In this document: positions 46,043 through 52,910 of the stretch, piece by piece
Layout of the letters: each line of letters begins with the position of its first letter
How positions within the stretch are numbered: the first letter of the stretch is position 1
DNA from: Myxococcota bacterium
GTDB taxonomy: Bacteria; Myxococcota_A; UBA796; CAJQPC01
Length of the DNA stretch: 52,910 nucleotides
Direction: 5' to 3'
Assembly: GCA_036012755.1 (NCBI GenBank)
Contig: DASCPX010000053.1
Span: 1 to 52,910 of the forward strand
Made by a program: the position numbers and the translations under genes
The notes under the pieces: model-generated
The model's input: the letters and a program-made list of their open reading frames with translations, nothing else
Told to the model about the DNA's origin: nothing
Databases searched by the model: none

Positions 46043-47977
46043 ATGCTGCTGCTCCTGACGGCCCTCGGCTGTCGCAACAAGGACTACGTCGTCGATAGCG
46101 CACCCCTGGTCACGGAAGACACGGGCCCCTTCGACGACGACGGCGACGGCTTCGTCGCCAGCGTCGACTGCGACGACGCGAACCCCGCCGTGTACCCGGG
46201 CGCGGTCGAGCTCTGCAACGGCCTCGACGACGACTGCGACGAGGACATCGACGAGGAAGCCGTGGACGCGAGCACGTGGTACGCCGACACCGACACCGAC
46301 GGCTACGGCGCGGGGGATGCCATCAGCTCCTGTGAGCAGCCCGACGGGACCTCTGCGGTCGACGGCGACTGCGACGACGCGGACACCGCCTACCACCCCG
46401 GCGCCGAGGAGTCTGACTGCACAGACCCGAACGACTACAACTGTGACGGGGCGGTGGGGTACGCCGACAATGACGCCGACGGCTTCCCGGCCTGCGAGGA
46501 CTGTGACGACTTCGACGACGACGTGAACCCGGACGCCGAAGAGGTCTGCAACGGTGAGGACGACGACTGCGACGGAAGCATCGATGTCGGGGCCAGCGAC
46601 GCGGACACCTGGTACGCCGACACCGACGCCGACGGCTACGGCGACGCGACGATGACAAGCGAGGCCTGCGACCAGCCCTCCGGCTATGTCGCAGATGCGA
46701 CCGACTGCGACGACTCGAGCGCTGAGACCAACCCTGCGGGGACAGAGATCTGCAACGACATCGACGACGACTGCGACGATGACATCGACGAGGAGGCCAC
46801 CGACGCACCGACCTGGTACGCGGACACCGACGCCGACGGCTACGGTGACGCAGCGTCGAGCACAGACTCCTGCGACGCGCCGACCGGGTCCGTGTCCGAC
46901 GACACGGACTGTGACGACGCGGACGGGGACGTGAACCCGGGCGCGACCGAGATCTGCAACGACATCGACGACGACTGCGACGGCGACATCGACGGCGGCG
47001 CCACGGACGCCACGACCTGGTACGAGGACGCTGACTGCGACGGCTACGGCGACGCCGCCAGCAGCACCGATGCCTGCGACAGCCCCGGAGACGACTACAC
47101 GACCGACGACACCGACTGCGACGACAGCGATCCCCTCGCCTTCCCCTCCGGGACCGAGGTGTGTACGTCCGTCGACAACGACTGCGACGGCACCGTCGAC
47201 AACGACTGCACCGACACCAACGTGATCTCCTCGCCGACCCATGACGCCATCGACAGCCCCACCGGTGCCCAGGCGTGCGCGCTCATAGGAGAGATGGACA
47301 CCTCGCCCGGGGACGCGCACTACACCACGAACCTCAGCAGCTTCATGAGCGTGCTCACAGGCTCCAGCAGCGGCCTCGCCTCGAGCACCGACCAGGCTGT
47401 GTACGAGCTCGACTGGAGCAACCGCTGCAGCACGGCGTACACCGCGAGCGACGGCAACTACACCACGACCACGAACTCCTGGCCCGTGCTCTCCAGCACT
47501 GGCAGCTACGGCGCCGCCCGCTTCCGCGGCTACATGAACATCGGCTGCGGCGAGGAGCTCCACCGGACCATGGGTCTCCTGGGCAACGACGCGCTCAGCT
47601 TCAGCATCGAAGGCACCGAGATCATCAAGGTGAACTGGTCGGACGGGCAGTGGAAGAAGTTCCGCTACGTCACGTTCCCAGAGCCCGGTCTGTATGCCTT
47701 CGAGGTCCAGTGGAGCACGAACCTGAACTGCAACATCGACCCCTTCGAGATCGTCTGGGCTGAAGGGTTCGTGAGCGGGTACGAGGACTACGACACCATG
47801 TGCAGCTACTCGAGCTGCACCTACGGCACCGGGACACCCATCCCGAGCTTCAGCATCGTCACGGACGACAACCTCGTAGCCACGACCGATGGGACCGCCA
47901 GCGACTGCGCACAGTGCGAGTCGGACACAGGGTGCGACTCGGGAGAGAGCTGCAACGACGCGGGAATCTGCGAGTGA
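46043..47977 (+). CDS. Lipoprotein with ~6 MopE-like repeats and PA14-like C-terminal domain
   Basis: AGGAGG SD; MLLLLTALG-C; repeated DCDD..PG.E.CN..DDDCDG..TWYAD.D.DGYG; ARFRGYMNI...NDAL...PGLYAFEVQW. Confidence 0.82.
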   Translation: MLLLLTALGCRNKDYVVDSAPLVTEDTGPFDDDGDGFVASVDCDDANPAVYPGAVELCNGLDDDCDEDIDEEAVDASTWYADTDTDGYGAGDAISSCEQPDGTSAVDGDCDDADTAYHPGAEESDCTDPNDYNCDGAVGYADNDADGFPACEDCDDFDDDVNPDAEEVCNGEDDDCDGSIDVGASDADTWYADTDADGYGDATMTSEACDQPSGYVADATDCDDSSAETNPAGTEICNDIDDDCDDDIDEEATDAPTWYADTDADGYGDAASSTDSCDAPTGSVSDDTDCDDADGDVNPGATEICNDIDDDCDGDIDGGATDATTWYEDADCDGYGDAASSTDACDSPGDDYTTDDTDCDDSDPLAFPSGTEVCTSVDNDCDGTVDNDCTDTNVISSPTHDAIDSPTGAQACALIGEMDTSPGDAHYTTNLSSFMSVLTGSSSGLASSTDQAVYELDWSNRCSTAYTASDGNYTTTTNSWPVLSSTGSYGAARFRGYMNIGCGEELHRTMGLLGNDALSFSIEGTEIIKVNWSDGQWKKFRYVTFPEPGLYAFEVQWSTNLNCNIDPFEIVWAEGFVSGYEDYDTMCSYSSCTYGTGTPIPSFSIVTDDNLVATTDGTASDCAQCESDTGCDSGESCNDAGICE

Positions 47978-49062
47978 TCCTCCTCCTCATGACCGGCTGT
48001 TTCAGCGACTTCGGCTCCAACTACACGTCGTGGATCCCGGATTTGTCCGTCTCGACGCAAGTACCGCGCGCGACCAACAGTGACGTCCAACGAGTCGAGA
48101 AGTACCTCCTGCCGTCCTACATCGCGGACTGGGACCCGGAGGTGCAGCAGCGCTGCGCCGATGGAGAGGACATGCGGGCCCACTTCGGGACCCAGTACGC
48201 GATGATCGAGGTCCAGCGCTGGGGAGTGCTGCTCAACGGCGTGTACACGACGTCGCTGAACGACGGGGTCCTCGACACCTCGGGATACCGCGGTCTCCTC
48301 CTCCCCTTGCTCTACGACGCGCTCCTCGCCATGCGCCTGAACGCCGAGGCCACCATGTCCGGCCTGGCCTGCTGGTCCGGCTCCCAGAAGCGCCTCCTCG
48401 TCGTCGCCGAGCCGGCCACGGACTGGGGGCTCGTCCAGCGGATCGTGTACACAGCCCACCAGGCAGGCTTTCCGGACGTGGACCTCCTCGTGGACGACGC
48501 TGCCGCCGTCGCCGACGCGACCGCGAGCCCGCCCTATCCCCTGTTCTCAGGTAGCGAGCAGGAAGAGAGAGAGGCCCTGCCACGCCTCTCGGAGGAGGAG
48601 ATCGACAAGGCCAGGGAGATGCTGGCACGAGGTCAGCGGGTCCGGGAGACCGGAGCGCGGTGCTCGGATCGACTCGAAGCGTTCTTCTCGGCCAATGGCA
48701 CACGGACTCTCTCTGGACAGTCCTCGTTCGGGTACGCCCTGGACGCCGACCATCCCTCCGACCCGGCCCTCATCGACCCGGCTGGCAGCCTCGACATCGT
48801 AGTCGCCGCCCAACCCGACACCGAGTACGGCGATCTCGTCGACGGGATCGTGTCACTCCGAGGCGACAACCCGAGCGCCTCGCTGATGTTCGACGAGAGC
48901 ACCTCTGCCAACCCCTCCTTCCAGGCGCTGGGGGTGGTGGCGAGCACCCACTACAAGTCGTTCTCGAAGGAGACCTGGATCCCGGTCATCGAGATCGAGC
49001 CGGAGCGCATCGGACAGACCCTGTCCTGCATCGACGACGAAGGGAACCTGCACGAGCTCTGA
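47974..49062 (+). CDS. Hypothetical lipoprotein with ExbD/AglS-like segments
   Basis: GTGA-coupled; MILLLMTG-C; LLVVAEPATDWGLVQRIVYTAHQAGF and IVVAAQPDTEYGDLVDGI. Confidence 0.5.
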   Translation: MILLLMTGCFSDFGSNYTSWIPDLSVSTQVPRATNSDVQRVEKYLLPSYIADWDPEVQQRCADGEDMRAHFGTQYAMIEVQRWGVLLNGVYTTSLNDGVLDTSGYRGLLLPLLYDALLAMRLNAEATMSGLACWSGSQKRLLVVAEPATDWGLVQRIVYTAHQAGFPDVDLLVDDAAAVADATASPPYPLFSGSEQEEREALPRLSEEEIDKAREMLARGQRVRETGARCSDRLEAFFSANGTRTLSGQSSFGYALDADHPSDPALIDPAGSLDIVVAAQPDTEYGDLVDGIVSLRGDNPSASLMFDESTSANPSFQALGVVASTHYKSFSKETWIPVIEIEPERIGQTLSCIDDEGNLHEL

Positions 49063-49153
49063 GGGCGCCTGGACATGGGGCCCACGGAGATGTGCAAGCG
49101 AAGAGGAAGAAGAACGTCGGAACACCCCAGCGGAGGTGTTGTCGTGACCCGAC

Positions 49154-50479
49154 ATGACAAAGCTCCCCGACAAGGTCCTCCGCATCGGCGTCATCGTCGA
49201 TGGTCGCATCGCACACGAACGCCTCATCCGTCCCGGCACGGACGTCAGCATAGGTGAGTCCGCTCGAAACACCTTCGTCCTGCCGCCGATCGAGGGACTC
49301 CCCAAGAGAACGCTGGTCTTCCCCAAGCGAAGAGGCGGCTGGAGCCTCCGCTTCACACACGAGATGGACGGCAAGATCGCCCACAGGAAGTCGGTGGTTC
49401 CCCTCGAGACGCTCTCCTCTGAGGCCACGCAGCGAGACGGCGGGTTCGTCGTGCCGCTCTCCGAGCACCACCGCGGGAAGCTGCTGGTGCACCCCCGCGT
49501 CGCAGTGCTCTTCCAGTTCGTGCCGACTCCGCCGGAGGCAGCCCGCATCGCCGATGCGCACTTCCGTCCCCAGCTCCTCGACGACGACGACCCTGTCTAC
49601 CTCGGCTTCCTGGGCCTCTTCAGCGCTGTGGCCACCGTCGCGATGATCTGGGTCTGGGGCCAGACGCCGATCGACCGGATCGGCTTCGAGGGCATCGAGG
49701 ATCGCTTCGTTCACGACGTGCTCATCGTGCAGGCGCCGGAGCCTGAGCCGGTCGTGATCGACCCCATCATCAGCGACGACGCGCCCCCGGAGCCCATCGA
49801 CGATGGCGTGGTGGCGACCATCCACGACGACGGCCCCCCAGCGCCTCTCTTCGACGGCTCGGTGAACGGACGGACCGAGGACGCCCTGGCGCTGGTCAAC
49901 GCGAACCCGCTCATCGCCACCCTCGGCACCTCGACCTACGATGTCGGCCGCGACTCGATCTTCGACCCCAAGGACGAGGCCTTCGACCGCATGATGGCTG
50001 GACTCGCGACCGTCGACGGCGGTGAGTACGCGTCACAGACAGGTCCGGGCCTCATGGGCTGCCAGGACTGCCAGGGCGGCGACGACAGCATCGGGGCTCT
50101 GGGCCCCGTCGAGCGCGACGGACAGGTCCGCGTCCACGACCGCGGCTCCGTGCAGATCGACCCCGACCGGACCTCGATCGTCACGCCGCCCGGCCAGCCG
50201 ACCGGCGGGCCGGACATCAGCGGGCTGATCCGGGCCTATGGCCCCCACATCCGCACCTGCTACGAGCAGGCCCTGAACCGCTCCCCCTCCGTCCGCGGCC
50301 GGGTTGAGCTGGCCCTCGGCATCGACGACGGCACGACCTACGGCGTCGACGTCATCATGAACACCACCGGTGACGCCAAGCTGGAGCAGTGCATCGAGGC
50401 CAAGGCGGGCCGCTGGAAGTTCCCGGTGGAGGTCGAAGCCGACATCGTCTGGCCCTACGTGCTGACGCCCCAGGAATAG
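49154..50479 (+). CDS. GltG/AgmX-like protein with TonB-C-like C-terminus
   Basis: KVLRIGVIVDGRI..ERL..VSIG..LRFT..MDG..RGK..VLFQFV; TM; IRTCYEQAL..P..RGRV..CI..RWKFP..PY. Confidence 0.75.
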   Translation: MTKLPDKVLRIGVIVDGRIAHERLIRPGTDVSIGESARNTFVLPPIEGLPKRTLVFPKRRGGWSLRFTHEMDGKIAHRKSVVPLETLSSEATQRDGGFVVPLSEHHRGKLLVHPRVAVLFQFVPTPPEAARIADAHFRPQLLDDDDPVYLGFLGLFSAVATVAMIWVWGQTPIDRIGFEGIEDRFVHDVLIVQAPEPEPVVIDPIISDDAPPEPIDDGVVATIHDDGPPAPLFDGSVNGRTEDALALVNANPLIATLGTSTYDVGRDSIFDPKDEAFDRMMAGLATVDGGEYASQTGPGLMGCQDCQGGDDSIGALGPVERDGQVRVHDRGSVQIDPDRTSIVTPPGQPTGGPDISGLIRAYGPHIRTCYEQALNRSPSVRGRVELALGIDDGTTYGVDVIMNTTGDAKLEQCIEAKAGRWKFPVEVEADIVWPYVLTPQE

Positions 50480-50538
50480 CCGACAAAGCACCCGCGTAGC
50501 TGCACGGGATCTCCCGACGACGAGGTTCCAATACGACC

Positions 50539-50955
50539 GTGAGACGGCTCGCGCTGCTGCTACTGATCCCGGGCTTGCTGGCCCTGTCCTACGAGCCGGC
50601 GACCTGGCTGGTCAAGACCTGGGTCCACGCTGGCTACGACAGCGTCGGCGCCTGGGTCTTCGCCCTCTGCGTGGCCCTGACGCTTCGCAGCGTCCTGTCC
50701 GGTCCGGCGGACCAGGACAACACCTCCAGCTCCCGAGCGACGTGGCTGCTCCTGGGCGCCGCCGGCATCCGGCTCGCCGGGTGCCTGCTCGAGGTCAACC
50801 ACATCGGCGCAGTCGCCCTGGCGCTGGACGCCTGGGCCCTGGGCCTGGCCCTGCGGCTGCACGCGCGCCCGTGGCCGGTGAACCCGGGGAGGCTGGCGGC
50901 GCTCTTCGCGCTGTCGCTGCCGATCAAGCAGCTCCTGCAACACTTCTTCGGCTTC
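50539..50955 (+). pseudogene. 5' remnant of an exosortase T-like protein
   Basis: YEPATWLVKTW..GYDS.G..RLAG..VNHIGA.ALALD..FALSLP..QHFFGF, then the frame runs into unrelated sequence. Confidence 0.6.
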
Positions 50956-51548
50956 TCGGCGAGGGCCTGGAGACCCCCTTCCTCACGGACGTCGAGGTGG
51001 ACTGGGGGAGCGCTCCCGTCCACGACGCGACCCCACGCGCGCTGCCAGATCTCTTCCTCGGGGACTCGCTGCGCGTGATGGCGCTCTACGACGCACCCGG
51101 CGACTACCCGGTGGTCGTCAAGGGCAAGGTCGCCGGCAAGGACGCAGCGCTGCCGGTGGTCCTGTCACTGCCCGAGAAGACCGAGGGCTCGGAGGCCCTG
51201 CCGGTGTTGTGGGCACGTGGCCAGGTGAAGGACCGCATGATCGACTGGGCCTCGCCACGCACCGAGCCCAGCGAGAAGGAGGCCCTGGTAGAGGAGATCA
51301 CGGGCTTGGGCCTGGAGCACCGACTGGTGACCCAGTGGACGAGCTTCGTGGCGGTGGCAAAGGACCGCAAGGTGGCCACGGCCGAGGGCGAGGCCTATGT
51401 CCCGACTCCCGCGCCTGCCAGCACCGCGATGAACACCGGCGCCCACTTCGGCGGGAGCTCCGCGCCCGAGCCGGCGACGTGGGCGGTGCTCGGCTGTCTC
51501 ACGCTCCTCGGCTTCGCCGTCCTGGGTCGGAGACGGACCCTGGGGTAG
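50956..51548 (+). pseudogene. 3' remnant of a VIT/vWA protein with PEP-CTERM-like sorting signal
   Basis: TPFLTDVEVDW..TP..LPDLF.G, LWAR, ITGLGLEHRLVTQWTSFVAV; APEPATW + TM + RRR. No start codon or vWA core. Confidence 0.72.
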
Positions 51549-51557
51549 CCTCCTCGG

Positions 51558-52910
51558 ATGTCCGACTCCACCAAGAAGCGCTGGGAGCGCTTGCTCGGAT
51601 ACCGCGGCGCACCGATTCACCAGGGCTCCTTCGTCCAGGGCCACGCCCCGAAGACGGAGGCCCTGACGCCGGAGTTCCCGGCCCCAGACGACGCCACCTC
51701 CCCGGCCGAGCCGGCGCCGACGCAGATCGTGGAGGGCAAGAAAGCCAGCTACCTGCTGGACCGCTCGCTGGGTCAAGGTGGCTCTGGCTCGGTGCACCGC
51801 GCGGTCTGCCTCGACGAGGACAAGGGCATCCCGAAGTGGGTCGCGGTCAAGGCCCTGGTCGGCCTCGACGACCGGGTGTCCAACATCACGCTCAAGCGCG
51901 AGCTCAGCTCCCTGCTGGCCATCAAGTCGGACCGCGTGCCGCGAGTCTGGGACTGGCGGGTGAAGGGGCCCGGACGCTTCGTGGTGCTGGAGTACTTCCC
52001 CATCGGGAGCCTCAACCGGCTGCTGGCGAAGGTCGGGCGGCTGGAGATGGAGCAGTGCTGGGCGCTCTTCGAGGACCTGCTGAGAGCCCTGGGCGCCGCC
52101 CACGCCGCCAGCGTGCTGCACCTGGACATCAAGCCGGGCAACGTGCTGGTCGACGGGGACGGCCGCTACGTGCTCACGGACTTCGGGATCTCCCAGGGTG
52201 CCCTGATGAACTCCTCCCCGCGCGTCCCGACAGGTCTGGGCACGCGGGGCTACCAGGCTCCAGAGCAGCGCTGGCGCGCCCCGGCGCTCTACGACATGCG
52301 CACCGACCTCTACTCGGTGGGCGCGACGATGTGGGCCGCGTGCACCGGCGTCAACCTGGCCTCGCAGAAGGCTTCGGGGCTGTGGGCGAAGACCCGCGAC
52401 GAGCCCCTCGGCCTGCCACCGCTGTCGGACTTCCTCCAGTTCTGCCCGAGCGAGTTCGAGGAGCTGGTGATGGAGCTCTTGCGTCAGAACCCGCGAGAGC
52501 GCCCTGGCAGCTCGGCCGAAGTGCTCAAGCGGGTCCAGGACGCCCAGCGGGGCCTCTCGACGCTCCAGGCCACCCCCGGGGACGCCGTCACCCCAGAGGA
52601 GCGCAAGGCCATCGCCGCAGAGCTCCTCGACCCGGTCTGGTCGACCGTCTTCAGCGCTCAACAAGCCGGACAGTGCCTGTGCTTCCCGGCGGGCGAGGTC
52701 ATCGCGACCGAGGGCGAAGAGAGCTACAACACCTACATCCTGCTGCGTGGCTCGGTGGGCATCTACCACGGCGAGATCCTGCTCGCGACGGAGTCCCGGG
52801 AGGGCACCTTCCTGGGCGAGGTGGCCGCGCTCACCGGAGGGACGCGCACGGCCACGATGAAGGCGGAGACCGAGGTCATCGCCCACGCGCTGAACGCCTC
52901 GCAGCTGGAG
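51558..52910 (+). CDS. Ser/Thr protein kinase with cNMP-binding domain (runs off the right edge; not in ORF track)
   Basis: Manual translation: LGQGGSGSV, VAVK, LHLDIKPGN, TDFG, GTRGYQAPE, TDLYSVG; then FPAGEVI..EGE..FLGEVAALTGGTRTAT. Confidence 0.9.
   Translation, partial: MSDSTKKRWERLLGYRGAPIHQGSFVQGHAPKTEALTPEFPAPDDATSPAEPAPTQIVEGKKASYLLDRSLGQGGSGSVHRAVCLDEDKGIPKWVAVKALVGLDDRVSNITLKRELSSLLAIKSDRVPRVWDWRVKGPGRFVVLEYFPIGSLNRLLAKVGRLEMEQCWALFEDLLRALGAAHAASVLHLDIKPGNVLVDGDGRYVLTDFGISQGALMNSSPRVPTGLGTRGYQAPEQRWRAPALYDMRTDLYSVGATMWAACTGVNLASQKASGLWAKTRDEPLGLPPLSDFLQFCPSEFEELVMELLRQNPRERPGSSAEVLKRVQDAQRGLSTLQATPGDAVTPEERKAIAAELLDPVWSTVFSAQQAGQCLCFPAGEVIATEGEESYNTYILLRGSVGIYHGEILLATESREGTFLGEVAALTGGTRTATMKAETEVIAHALNASQLE

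Noticed and set aside
46120..47210. Tandem DNA repeats as a CRISPR array or DGR template/variable repeats
   Set aside because: They are in-frame degenerate protein repeats. There are no constant repeats with unique spacers, no cas or reverse transcriptase gene, and no adenine-specific mismatch pattern was seen.
200..52886. Long alternative ORFs (e.g. 200..1927+, 7191..10061+, 24092..26416-, 45062..47563-, 51165..52886-)
   Set aside because: Antisense or shifted-frame shadows of motif-bearing genes, expected at high GC3.
1..52910. tRNA/rRNA, IS, integrase or prophage
   Set aside because: No recognisable cloverleaf, rRNA, transposase, integrase or phage structural motifs by eye; tRNAscan-SE and ISEScan were not run.

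Overview
This is a GC-rich, densely packed bacterial chromosomal window. It most likely comes from an uncultured Myxococcota-type organism, given the MYXO-CTERM-like tail, GltG/AgmX-like and ExbD-like gliding paralogs, many Cys/Asp-rich MopE-like repeat proteins and Ser/Thr kinases. It holds about 50 CDS and gene remnants: glnS (with a GatB/YqeY-like tail), an atypical NAD-dependent DNA ligase, an ECF sigma/anti-sigma pair, a MoxR-type AAA + metallopeptidase-vWA pair, M14/M28/M2 peptidases, four SGNH hydrolases, a sulfatase-like protein, MYG1, a PlsC-like acyltransferase, a RetSat/CrtI-like oxidoreductase and many exported proteins. I saw no rRNA, tRNA, CRISPR array or transposase. The main findings are: (1) 15 predicted lipoproteins with ultra-short, uncharged signal peptides (lipobox Cys at residue 7-10); (2) a recurring TAnnnT-N6-8-start pattern suggesting leaderless transcription; (3) a sigma54-type promoter driving a BPI/TULIP-like lipoprotein plus FadL-like channel operon, a candidate lipid-uptake system; (4) a Ku-like/ligase-like chimeric ORF coupled to a LigA with altered adenine-contact residues; (5) several deletion-fused gene remnants; (6) clear operator arrays and an unannotated 21-aa membrane peptide. 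Family calls come from motif recognition by eye, not from database searches.
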